From NCBI GenBank assembly GCA_001662655.1, contig KV460206.1: 64,000 nt of DNA; one strand, given 5' to 3'. Shown here one piece after another: positions 23,194 to 34,717 of this stretch. The stretch comes from Pseudogymnoascus verrucosus. Lineage: Eukaryota. The position numbers were made by a program, and so were the translations under genes. The notes below the pieces were generated by a model. The model made no database searches and was not told the origin of the DNA. It saw only the letters and a program-made list of their open reading frames with translations. Position 1 is the stretch's first letter. The number at the start of each line of letters is the position of its first letter.

Positions 23194-26100
23194 ATGCATC
23201 TCGCCGGAGTTGCAGTATTCTCTGCACTTGTGCTCGGAGCATTCAGCGAGCATTTGAAGATTCCCTCGGTTGACGCCATCGTCGAGAAAACTTTAGAGCG
23301 CGCTGACAACTATGTTCACTTCGAAGGGGCCAATTCCACGGATTCAACGGTCTCAAAGCGACAGGGAGCTTCTTACTGGTACGAGAACATTGCCCATCAA
23401 GGAAAATCTGCGTTTGGCCCTGGCGGATATACAGTATACCGAAATGTCAAGAGTTACGGTGCCAAAGGTATGTTATTTCTACTAGCTACAAGAGTCAACA
23501 GAAATGCTAATTATGAATATTATGTAGGAGACGGTGTCACGGATGACACTGCAGCTATCAATGCCGCAATTAGTGACGGTGCCCGTTGTGGCAGAGGATG
23601 TGGATCGAGCACAACGACACCAGCCGTTGTTTATTTCCCAGCTGGAACCTACCTGATATCTTCTTCTATCATTGATTTGTACTACACGCAGCTCATTGGT
23701 AACCCAAACAATGTCCCGGTCTTGAAAGCTACATCTGGATTTTCAGGGTTTGGTTTGATTGATGGAGATCCATACTTCACCCAGGATTTGAACTGGGGCT
23801 CCACAACCGTTTTCTTCAGAGAAGTCCGGAACTTTATCCTCGATATGAGAAATATACCCGCATCAGCAGCTGCAACCGGCATACACTGGCCTACCGCACA
23901 AGCTACAAGCTTGCGAAACATCGTTTTTCAAATGAGTGCGGCATCTGGAACTCAGCATGTTGGTTTATTTTGTGAAAGTGGTATGTCTGCTCTCTTTGCC
24001 CTTTTTTGGCGCTCAACAGTCATAAGAGCCGAAGAAGTTACACGCGCCTATCATCACACAGCATCGGCCATAGCGTTATATAAATTCTTCACTGACTCAA
24101 TCATGTAGGCTCTGCGGGAATTATCACTGATTTGACATTTAACGGCGGTAAGATTGGTGCGCAAGTCGGCAACCAGCAGTTTACAATGCGTAACCTCGTA
24201 TTCAACAACTGCGTGACGGCGATTCAGCAAATCTGGAACTGGGGTTGGCTATACCAAGGTCTCAGCATCAACAACTGCCAAATAGGTATTGACATGTCGA
24301 CTGGTGGCCAAGCATCAGCAGCCGTTGGCTCAGTCACAGTGATTGATAGTACTATTACAAATACCCCGATTGGTATCCTTACAGCTTACGATTCGACTAC
24401 GGTCCCGGCTACGGCAAACAGCCTCATCATAGAAAACGTCGTTCTCAACAACGTCCCAACTGCAGTCAAGGTTTCCGGTGGTCCAACCGTTCTTGCTGGT
24501 GGCTCAACGACGATTGCTGCGTGGGGCGAAGGACACAGATATACTCCTCAAGGCCCTGAGCGATTCCAAGGCTCATTTACACCAAACAACAGACCAGCTT
24601 CTCTTGTGAGTGGTGGTAAATACTACGTCCGATCAAAGCCACAGTATGAAACACTTCCCGCGTCCTCATTCGCAAGTGTACGAAGTGCTGGCGCCACCGG
24701 AAATGGTAACACGGATGACACAAACGCACTGCAAAACATTATCAATAGCGCCACCTCAGCCGGACACGTCGTCTACTTTGATTCTGGAACTTACAAAGTA
24801 ACAAAAACGCTTGTGATACCAGCTGGTGCCAAGTTGGTGGGTGAAGGCCTTCCAATTATCCTGTCTAGCGGCAGCTTCTTCAACGACATGAACAACCCTC
24901 AGCCGGTTGTAAGAGTAGGTACCCCAGGTGCTACCGGGCAAGTCGAATGGTCCGACATGATTGTCAGCACACAGGGCGCCCAGGCTGGTGCCATACTCAT
25001 TGAATGGAATCTCGCGACATCCGGAACACCGTCTGGAATGTGGGATGTGCACACCCGCATTGGTGGGTTCGCCGGATCAGACCTCCTTCTCGCCAACTGC
25101 CCATCCACTCCTGGAAGCACGAACATCAACACCAATTGCATTGCAGCGTACATGTCGATGCACATCACAGCTTCAGCTTCCGGATTATATATGGAGAATA
25201 ATTGGTTTTGGGTTGCTGACCACGACCTTGAGCAAGGGGGCACACAGACGACGATCTACGCCGGTCGAGGGGTACTTATTGACAGCGCCGCCGGAACATT
25301 CTGGCTGTAAGTTTCAATCTGGAATACTCGTTCTGTTTTATCATCATCAGTATATACCGTTCTATCCCAGCTAACTTCCTATCTTCAAATAACAGTGTCG
25401 GCACATCAAGCGAGCACCACACCTTATACCAGTATCAGTTAGCAAACACCAAGAACATCTTCCTAGGCTTTGCCCAGACTGAAACCCCGTAAGTATTTAT
25501 CAACCCTCTCCTATTATTACTCCAAGCAGAAACCCCGACTAACCAATGCTAAAGATATTATCAACCCAATCCTCCCGCACCAGCGCCATTTAAGGTAGTT
25601 GCCTCCCTCAACGATCCTGATTTCGCCGCATCTTGCGCCGGTAAACCCGCGAACTGCGCAGATGCTTGGGCCTTCCGTGTCGTCAACAGTCAAGACATTC
25701 TCCTCTACGGTGGTGGGTTTTACTCATTCTTCAACAACTACGTCGGCAGTAAGTCCCTCCTCTCGTGCCCATTCCCCATTTCCTGTATCTCCGTAGCATC
25801 TTCCGATAGGCACCGCTCCTACTTCAGATCATTACTAAAACCCCCCCCAGCCTGCTCCGCCCCAGGCGCCCTCGACTGCCAAACCAGCATCGTCAGCCTC
25901 GAAGGCAACCTTCGCAACATCAACATGTACACCCTCAACACAGTCGGCTCAACCAACATGCTCACCTCCAACGGCGTCAGCCTCGCCTCTTTTAGCGACA
26001 ACGTCAACGTCTTTCAAGACACCATCGCCCTGTTCCAGCTCGCCGCCCAAAACGGAGGCCTGCCACCTACTAGTACGGTTGTGCCTAGCACCATGTCCAC

Positions 26101-26512
26101 CGTGACGACCTCGTCGCCAACCTCGACCGCGGGGCCGGGCGGGTGGAAGTTCCTAGGCTGCTACATGGACAACGTCTCCGGTCGCGCCTTGCCCCTCGGT
26201 ATTCCAGTTCCCGGCGGCTCTGGCGCCATGACCGTCGAGGCGTGCACGGCCGGTTGTCACGCCCAAGGTTACGTATTAGCTGGCCTGGAGTATGCGGGCG
26301 AGTGCTGTGAGTAACCACTTCATTTATTCTTTTTCCCTTATTTTGTGAATATTCGCTGATTATGCATGTGGTCAGTTTGTGGAAATGCGCTGCAGAATGG
26401 AGGAGCACCGGCGACGGATGGAAACGCGGGGTGTAATATGGCGTGCAATGGCAATAAAGCGCAGATGTGTGGAGGACCAAATCGGTTGGACTTGTATACA
26501 TACACGGGGTAG
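23194..26512 (+). CDS. Secreted GH55 exo-beta-1,3-glucanase with C-terminal WSC domain
   Basis: Signal peptide and Kex2-like KR, then YWYENIAHQG, RNVKSYGAK|GDGVTDDTAAIN, AVVYFPAGTYL, IHWPTAQATSL, GNQQFTMRNL, GMWDVHTRIGG, WFWVADHD, SEHHTLYQYQ and QTETP|YYQPNP. A Thr/Ser linker and WSC end at CGGPNRLDLYTYTG*. Confidence 0.93.
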
Positions 26513-26569
26513 TCGTAGGAACCGACTCTATTGCATAGGGTTGGGGTAAGCAAAGAGCGTTCACTGCTA

Positions 26570-27900
26570 ACGCTCACTGCTACTTCGCACCGCATCCCCA
26601 TCCATAGCCTTAACATATTTATAGCTTACAATTCGTGTACTATAACTATGTAGTTGAAATGGAAGACCCTATTCTATATGATGCTCGTAAATGGCTTATG
26701 GCAAACCCATCTGAATCCGTTGCTACCATAAGCTAGATTTTCGAAGTATCAAAATCAACTCTTTGATCATTAATTACTCAACTTAATCACACGCGAGTTA
26801 GCTGCAGAGGACATAATAAGCTCCTTATAATTGCTGAGTAGATAACTACGTAATATAAGCAAGGGCTTTGTAAGGCGGTCCTCACGTGCCATCACGTGAG
26901 GCGCCACGCCCGAAGGCAGCCCTACGGTGGAGCTGCCATTCGGGTATAGCCCGGTTATTAGGGTTCACGGTATGGGAAGATATATCAGGGGCTGGAGCCT
27001 CAGTTGAGGACTCTAGTTAATAGTCGCTGTATTTAGGTAGACCTATTGTTATAATATATAACCTCATCTTCCTGCCTTCTAATCTAGTTCCCTAAACTCC
27101 TGTGTAACCCTAGGCCTACGCCGTTATAGGCTTAGAGCTACGAAGCACATGACATTTACTACCGTTTACTGTATTTAGCGGCTAAAACCACTACCTTCCC
27201 TTTGGATCTTATCCATATTCTACAGCCATTAGACATTAGGATTTTCTAGCCCTATAAGCATTAGCACTATAAAGCAGTCTATTCTATAATATAGAACCTT
27301 AATCTTAAGTATAATATACGCTTGTTTATGAGAGATCTCTCTACGATATAAGAGCAGACTTTTAAAGAGCTTACTATTATTCATGCATTTGAAAAGGTAG
27401 GAGTATAGCTTATTAATTATGATAATACATTTATGAAGCTATAGAAATACTTAAAACTAGCTCCTACTTTACCATCTATTATACTAGCCTCTTTTTAGGA
27501 TTCTAAGGAACAACCATGGCATTAGAACGCCACGCTTCTAGTTCTACTTAGTAGCCCCTCTTAATAGCATTATAATAATTAGGTTATTAGCGTAGAAGTA
27601 GTATTAGCTCAAGGACAACTTTAAGAGCTTAACATCTCAATTCTATAAAGCAGGTTAACGACTATAAGAATTGGCGGCATAACAGCTGCAGATGCCTATA
27701 AATTAGAAGAGCTCTTACTGTAGATGATGCGCGAGCTTAACACGCCAAAAAGGCAGAGCGAGAAGTAGAGATCTAGGCTTCTAAAAAAGCCTAGATAGCC
27801 CGTTAGGCTATTAACTAGGCCCGCAAGCAGATCTATAGAGCAGGAGTTGAAGCCTGGAAGCAAGAACGTCTCTAGAAAAAGAGAGCGGGAGGCGAGGACA
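26570..27900 (+). mobile_element. RIP-degraded, internally deleted pogo/Fot1 (Tc1-mariner) transposon relic; ends approximate
   Basis: HTH-like MEDPILYDARKWLMANPSESVAT..KSTL, RGHNKLL and YKQGL|RATKHM, plus a DDE_1-type HILQPLDIRIF*PYKH*HYKAV. It is TpA-rich with many stops. Confidence 0.75.
26869..27128. mobile_element. Solo LTR (260 bp) nested in the pogo relic
   Basis: Starts TGTAAGG and ends CCGTTATA (TG..CA with a RIP-type C>T). The 5-bp TSD GGCTT is at 26864-26868 and 27129-27133. Removing it rejoins the transposase frame. Confidence 0.85.
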
Positions 27901-28198
27901 GGAAAAGTGAGGGGGTGGGTACTGCCGATGTTTAAATGCTGACGTTCACAGTTGACCAAATTTATCTGTGTATCCTGGCATCTCATTAACAGATGTTATA
28001 GTTGCATTAGGTAACCAGGTTTGTAGAAATTTAAAAATTGTGCAGTAATTAGTGATCGTTGGATCCGCCTGTTAGCTTCGTGCGAAGCCCACAGGTAGGT
28101 CCGACGATTATCACATTGAATGTTTTTGATAGCATTGACAGCTTTTAGTAAAATGATTATTAACATTGATTCTGCCAGCCAACGTCACATTTAACACC

Positions 28199-28363
28199 AA
28201 CGACCGTGAGATCGAATGGAAACCGAATGCTCAATACACCCCATTCTTGCCCTTGACCTTCTAATTCAGTTACTCCTCTTGAATAGGAGTAACTGAATTA
28301 GAAGGTCAAGGGCAAGAATGGGGTGTATTGAGCATTCGGTTTCCATTCGATCTCACGGTCGTT
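28199..28363. repeat. Perfect 79-bp palindrome with 7-nt spacer
   Basis: Arms 28199-28277 and 28285-28363 are exact reverse complements around the spacer CTTGAAT. Confidence 0.95.
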
Positions 28364-28681
28364 TCTCGGCATTGATATTCAAAGTAGGAAGGTCAAGGTT
28401 TTAATGAATGGGTGATAAATCAGTCAAAACACATATGAAACGGTATAGTATAAACTGGAACTTGACACTGTCTCCACGGCTACTCTTGTTGCAACTATCA
28501 AAACTAAAGGGAAACTTTGTTCTAAATTGATCAAATTGGGTCTGTGTTAAGTGTTTCAAAAGAATTGAAAAAGCTACATATGAGAACTAGAAACAGCTAT
28601 TAGGAAGTGGAAGTAACCCTGGTGTGTCAATACACTCAGGACAGGCTTCAACTCCATAGGTTAACTCGCAACTGTAAACCA

Positions 28682-30250
28682 TCACGCCTCGATCTCCTTG
28701 GTCGCAATTGCCTCTGTACTGTGATTCTCCCCAAACGCCTTATCACCATCGAAAATGAAGGCGACCTCCTCCAGACTCCTCCCCTTGGTCTCTGGAAAGA
28801 AGAAATAGACGAGGACTATTTCCACCGCAAGTACGCAGCAGTAAACAATATAGTACTTCCACGAAATTGCCTCCATAGCTACAGGGTTCGCGTAACCGTT
28901 AAAAATCAGCACACACGTGGCTGATAACTGCATGATGTTGACACCCTTCGCACGGAGATGCGTAGGGAGGATCTCGCAGACGTACAACCACGGTGGGCCA
29001 TTCAATCCCATATTGTAGAAGAGGTTGAAGATGAAGATCATGGTTATGACACCGGCTCCGAGAGAGGTGTCTTTGAAAGCGCGCTGCTCGTTGATGGCCG
29101 AGAGAATTGTCCAGATGATGAAGGAACACATCATGCCGACGGTAGAGATGAGGAATAGACGACGACGTCCAGCGATTTCTACAAATGACGCGAGTATGAC
29201 TGAAATACCGAAGCTGTAAACCATGAGGCCACCGTTGATGCGGAGTTGCGCTGGAGCTGAAGTGTATCCGATGGAATCAAGGATGAGATGCAGATAGTAA
29301 GAGATAAGACCATTTCCTGAGATCTGCATCATAGCCGGAACGACGATAATAAGGAACAGGCGATGCCTGTTACCCTTCGTCTTCAAGAACTCGCCGTAGC
29401 CTGTTCCGGACGAGTTTTGCGATTCCTCGATCTGCAGGGTGATTTCCTTCATCTCGAACTCCACAAGGGGCGAGCTCTCGTCCCCACCGGCGTGGTGCTT
29501 TACGAGCACCTTGCGTGCTTCATCATGACGGCCCTTCAGAATCAGATATCGTGGAGACTCAGGAAGAAGATAAACGAAGAGAACTTGGAGAAGAGGCATG
29601 AAGCCCTGAAGCAAAGACGGAATTCTCCACGACCATGAATTGCTAGGTCCCATGAAGTACGTTCCATAGGTTACCCAAGCCGCGAGAATTGCACCTAAAT
29701 ACCACAGATTGTTGTAATAAGCCGTTATGACTGCGCGATGTGTCGGGTATGCCAGCTCGCTAATGAGCAAAGGAGACGGTTCCACGGCGATCAAGCCTCC
29801 AAATCCAATAATCATTCGTGAGGCGAGGAACATTCCATAGTTCTGCGCTGCAGCCTGGAGAATGGCTCCGATGACGAGAAGCGCTGACCCCAAGAAGATA
29901 GGAAAGCGTCTTCCCGTGTGGTCGCACAGCCATGGAACGATCGGGAGGGCGAGGATTTGACCGAAGATGGTTCCATTACCGAGTGAACCAAGGCGAGTGC
30001 CTGTCGGGTGGCCGAAATAATCCTGCCATTGGTTCATTGACTGCAACCCGTTAAGCATGGAGCCGTCGTATCCGTTTGTCGTGGATGAGAGGGCGGGCAC
30101 AACCATGGCGAGATTGAGGAGGAGGAGATGGCGCTGCTTGTACCAAGGCTCGGGGTTCTTGGGGAGTACATCTTGAAGATTCCAGTCTTTGGGAGCAGTC
30201 TTGCCCTCCTTGACCTGGGCCGCGCCCTTTTCGTTGATTTCGTCCGACAT
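28682..30250 (-). CDS. MFS sugar porter, LAC12/cellodextrin-transporter-like, intronless
   Basis: 522-aa single ORF with NGYDGSMLNGLQ, DHTGRR, LISELAYPTHR, WSWRIPSLLQ, PESPRYL, QISGNGLISYYL, EILPTHLRAKG and FPETKGRSLEE. Confidence 0.92.
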   Translation of the reverse strand: MSDEINEKGAAQVKEGKTAPKDWNLQDVLPKNPEPWYKQRHLLLLNLAMVVPALSSTTNGYDGSMLNGLQSMNQWQDYFGHPTGTRLGSLGNGTIFGQILALPIVPWLCDHTGRRFPIFLGSALLVIGAILQAAAQNYGMFLASRMIIGFGGLIAVEPSPLLISELAYPTHRAVITAYYNNLWYLGAILAAWVTYGTYFMGPSNSWSWRIPSLLQGFMPLLQVLFVYLLPESPRYLILKGRHDEARKVLVKHHAGGDESSPLVEFEMKEITLQIEESQNSSGTGYGEFLKTKGNRHRLFLIIVVPAMMQISGNGLISYYLHLILDSIGYTSAPAQLRINGGLMVYSFGISVILASFVEIAGRRRLFLISTVGMMCSFIIWTILSAINEQRAFKDTSLGAGVITMIFIFNLFYNMGLNGPPWLYVCEILPTHLRAKGVNIMQLSATCVLIFNGYANPVAMEAISWKYYIVYCCVLAVEIVLVYFFFPETKGRSLEEVAFIFDGDKAFGENHSTEAIATKEIEA

Positions 30251-30864
30251 GTTCTCTGTCTCGCAAGCTTAAACCCTGAGTTGAAGCTGAGGTTGTGAAG
30301 TGCCTTCTCAGATCTTGCCAGAGAGTGGGAGAGGAAGATGGATCGCCAGTCTGTTGGTTTACTTCTATAATGTCGGTGGCTCACCCTGGATTATATAGAA
30401 ATCCAACGTGACATTCGGCAGGAAGACGCTCGGGCAACCAGGGTTGGCACTGATGATCACTCAGTTGCGGCTCTTTCCCCCCCTTATCCCCCGCACCCTA
30501 CTCCGTAGCTTCCCCGCAGTTGGGAGAATACGTAGGGGAAAAGGTTGTAGTCCGCGACTCCGCGAGGCTCCCTTGCACCCTGTGCAAGGGGATAAATGAA
30601 CTAAGCCGAAACAACGCAGTGCAATGGCATCACGTACTACACAAACAGGCGAATGCGCCAGCGCAAAACGATGCGTGGTGCGAAAACTGCCACCACTTCT
30701 TCTTTCCGCGACTCCGCAGACTATATCATCTCTTTTGCAGCCGGGTTGCAGCGTGGTCCAGCCATGTGGGAATCATAGACACACATCGGGTAGCAATAAC
30801 CTTGCGCGAGCGCTAACCGAACCGACAAGCCTTGATCAACTACCCCCAATCGGACCTATTCCAC

Positions 30865-30942
30865 TGCATCCCGAAGAAACGGGTCGTATTACATGCATCC
30901 CGAAGAAACGGGTCGTATCACATGCATCCCGAAGAAACGGGT
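30865..30942. repeat. Three tandem 29-bp units, each containing CCG-N6-CGG
   Basis: TGCATCCCGAAGAAACGGGT(CGTAT[T/C]ACA) starts at 30865, 30894 and 30923. Confidence 0.9.
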
Positions 30943-31309
30943 TGCCCAAGGTTAGTTCAGGTACTTCATCACTTGCGGGTGCGGAACGGCGGGAAGCAAA
31001 CTGTGGGTATTAGATCTTGCGCTGTCAGGTCGCTGTCAGGTTAGGACTTGGCTAAAGTTGTAGTTAGATCACTTCCCGGTTCACGTCAGGCAAGGATCTC
31101 CGAGAAATTTACAGGCGGAGAGCCCTGAGTTGACCCATGAATTTGTGAACCAGGTTCCGGTCGCGAAGTCGCGAGCGTTAACGGGAATTTGATACCGCGC
31201 TTGGACAGTAAATTTGGCTCTAGTATAACGCTACTCTAGACAAGCTGTATTGGCGAACGCGTGCATAAACAAAGCCCTCATTCATTGAGATAGATGAACC
31301 AACTAATAA

Positions 31310-31890
31310 TTAAATTCTAAGTTTAGATACATGGTTGCACGTTTACCGAAAGGCACCTTGTCGCCACTACTCGACTCGAGATAGATTGAGATACAGCTAA
31401 GCATCTGGGTATGAACAATCATACACACATAGCCGTCGTCCAAGGTGTCGTCAACCAAGGCACTGTTCAGTAGAGACTGCGCTGCCAGGCCAATATCTGA
31501 ATTTATCAGCTCTTGTAATACAACACCCATGTCAAGGCTAACTAAGGCTTTGGAGCCGCCGCACTAAGTGAGCGCGTCGCGTGGGACCTTTGCAGGGATT
31601 ATGACTAGAAGCCCCATTGCGACCATAAGGACCGTCTCATACTCCCTGACTGGTACGCTAATTCCATGCGGCGGTCCGCTGAACAGAGCCAGGCGAGGCA
31701 CGGAGACGCTCCACCAAGCGTGTGCTGGGGTGGGGGAGTGGGGCGAAGGGGCGGCGAAGGGGCAGTCAGAAGTGACATGGGACCCCCAAGGCGTACGGGT
31801 CAGTTTGACTATTCGATCAAGGCCCCTGAAAGCGAAAACGAAAAGCCCCGCGGCGTCCAATAACGTAAAAGATCAAAGTATGCTCAAAAT
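31310..31890 (-). pseudogene. Fragment of a ferric-reductase/NOX-like (FAD/NADPH-binding) gene
   Basis: Segments PRLALFSGPPHGISVPVREYETVLMVA and DIGLAAQSLLNSALVDDTLDDGY..ISIYLES..PFGKRA resemble the C-terminal half of fungal metalloreductases. The N-terminal transmembrane part is absent and the frames are broken. Confidence 0.6.
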
Positions 31891-32419
31891 TTGAAGTGAT
31901 GGTACTAGAAGGAACAGCATACAGATCTAAAATCTCCTCAAAAATAATGTCCAAACCACGACGGAGCTAGGAAAGAACTGAATACATTTTCTTGGAACTT
32001 CAATTGCTTCACTGCATTTAGTCCGAAGTCTAAATTATTGGCTTAAATAATGCACCACAGGAATAGTATCTACAACTATTCCTGTGGGGCTGACCCCTGG
32101 CAAGACAGCCCGCAACTCACAGACCCCACCTCTCAGACCCCAACTCACAGACCCCAACTCAGCCCGCAACCCTTAACCGAGGAGGACTATGTACCCCTCT
32201 CTTCTCGCGTGCGGACACATCCGACGTTGTATCTGAAAGGAATGTGACGGCGTCGGAGTCTGAAGGCCAACGATTCAAGTTTTCTACACCGACTGCTCCA
32301 TTATCCTGGGAGTACTTCTGCATTAATTACATCGTGAATATTCCAAGCGCTCTCACATCTCGAGACGTGAAGAGCCATCGCACCTCAACCGCCTGCTATC
32401 CAGACCGTTGCCCACCACA

Positions 32420-34211
32420 ATCACTCAAGCACGCCCCGCACCACAAGCCGCATCATGACTCAGCTACCGCCTCACCACTAACTCATCCCTTGTACGCGCG
32501 GGCTGTCGGAAGCACCATTCCCTCCGGAATGTTACGCGCGACGCGGGGTCGTCCGTGCGCGAGCCCTTGGGCCGTGCCACGCCTTGCGCTTTTTGTCGAA
32601 GACCTCGTCCATCTCCTGGAGCATCTTGCCCTTGGTCTCGGGCGCCGCGAGGTAGATGTGCGTTAGGGCAAGGAAGTTGAAGGGGCCGAAGAGCATGTAC
32701 ATTCATTTACCAGTATCGGCGGCACGGCGAAGGAGAGAATGCAGTTCTAGAACTAGTTAGTGGCTGTTGAGAGTGAGACGGCCTTAGCGAGGACTTTGGA
32801 TGGGAAGATCTCCGCGGGGTAGCACCAGGATTCAGAGCCCCAGGTTGTGGCGAAGGTCGCGACGACGAGGTAGCTGCAGACTATGATGGCTGCGGAGGCG
32901 GCTTTGTTGTTTTTGACGATCCAGGTGACATTAGAGTTGGGAACGGCAGACTCCTGACCATAGACGGCCTACAGCGCACCAGTGACGAAGAAGAATATCA
33001 TCATGAAAAGAGAGCCGATCAGGAGCGATAGTCGCCGATCCCATCCGTCGATGTAGATGATGGCAGGAAGAGTAAGAAGTAGGTTGATCACGTATTAGAT
33101 CGACGCGGTGAGCATGGGCGAGCCAATGTCCGCCGCCTCCACGACTTAAATGATATAGTACATCATGATGTTGACGCCGCCTAGTTGGGACCACATCTAG
33201 ATACTCATTCTGAGGAGCATGCGCTTCACCATGCGGGCGCAGCAAGCGTGCGCATGCTACTCGTGGCCTCCTCGCGCTCTAAACGCAGCGCCCCCTGAAT
33301 TCCTGGTAGTCAGCCAGCACTTTCGGATGGTCCATGTCGCCATCGGCGTGTAGGTCGGCAAGCACCTGGATGGCCTCATCCCACATGTCCTTGCTCGCCA
33401 GCCAGCGCGTGCTGCGTGGCAGGAAGAACAAGCCCACGAAGAAGAGAACGACGGGGAACATCTGGATGCCCCACGGAAGGCGGAAGGCCAACTCAGGCTG
33501 GTTGTGGTCGTTGGGCCCGCCGCCGACAAAGGACTCACTGTATTGGATGAAATACTGGATCAAAATACCCTATGTGATAACCCACTGCTAGAGGGCAACA
33601 ATGCGGCCACGGATCTCCTTTGGTGCTATTTTGAACTGATAGACGGGAACGATGGTAGAGGCGATGCCAATGAAGATTCCTGAGATGGTGCGGCCAACGA
33701 CAAGCATGGGAATGCCATTGCAGACGCATTGGATGCTGGTTCTTAGTTACCTAGGACGGAGTGGACGTGGAGGGGGAGCATACATGGATCCGATGATCCA
33801 GATAATACAGGAGAATTGGATGGCAGATCGCCGGGAGTAACGATCTGCTATGAAGGATGATATGAGAGCAAAGACGAATCCAAAGGGCATGGACGCTGTG
33901 ATAGCTCCTTGGACCGACGAGACCCTTCCATTCTATCAGCACAGCCCTTGTCCTCCAAAACATCTTCCTCTCGCTAGGCTACACATACGGATTATCAAAG
34001 TATCTTTTGTAGACAGCTGTCCCGATGACACCGGACATAGAGGAGATATCGAAGCCGGAGAGTCCTCCGCCTTCGCATTGAAGTGGTCAGCACAATTTCA
34101 CCGGCGACAGAATTAGTGCTTAACACAGAGCAAACAAAATCAACCGCAGAGAGCAGACTCACCGATGGCGGCGAAGTCGCAGATGGCATAGGCATTGGTT
34201 CCCTGGTACGT
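32420..34211 (-). pseudogene. High-affinity glucose transporter (HGT1-like sugar porter) pseudogene
   Basis: The start codon appears changed to ACG. Fragments read GGGLSGFDISSMSGVIG, ITASMPFG..ADRYSRR, APKEIRGRIVAL*QWVIT*GILIQYFIQY, AFRLPWGIQ, PAEIFPSKVLAKAVSL and PETKGKMLQEMDEVF, with multiple TAG stops and frameshifts. Confidence 0.85.
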
Positions 34212-34450
34212 GCTGCCGACAGCGCCGCGTCACGCAATGTATAAACAGACCTCGACGTCAGCCCGGGAAGTCGATGCGACAAGAATATCGAAGAAAGTTG
34301 AAATAATGACGACTGCAAAAGATGACAACAACAACAATTGATACGGATCTTATGGCGCATGGAGGGGACGCAGGGGAGTTGTAGTCGACTAAGTGGACAG
34401 GAGGCAAGAGCAGGGCCTTATATGCATGGTGCCTGCCATAGTCCTCTCAT

Positions 34451-34717
34451 ATGGATATCCTGGTCGAATTCATGGAGAAGTACCTCCAAGAAACCCGGAG
34501 AACCTTCGAAAAGCTTATACTATCGGAAATGATAACCTACAATCTTTTATGGACGTTGAGATTAGGACGATCATACAAGATTAATGGAAGAGAAATCAAT
34601 AACCTTATACGGACGGCGGCTGCTCTGACGGAACATAAGGGGGTGGCTTTAGCGGAACTGCATATCGAGACAGTCTATGGGCTTAATACGATGGTCCAGA
34701 CTATTTATCCCGAGTAG
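34451..34717 (+). pseudogene. Internally deleted fungal AAA+ ATPase remnant
   Basis: The N-terminal-type EMITYNLLWTL is joined almost directly to the C-terminal lid motif INGREINNLIRTAAAL..HIETV, with no Walker motifs. Confidence 0.55.
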
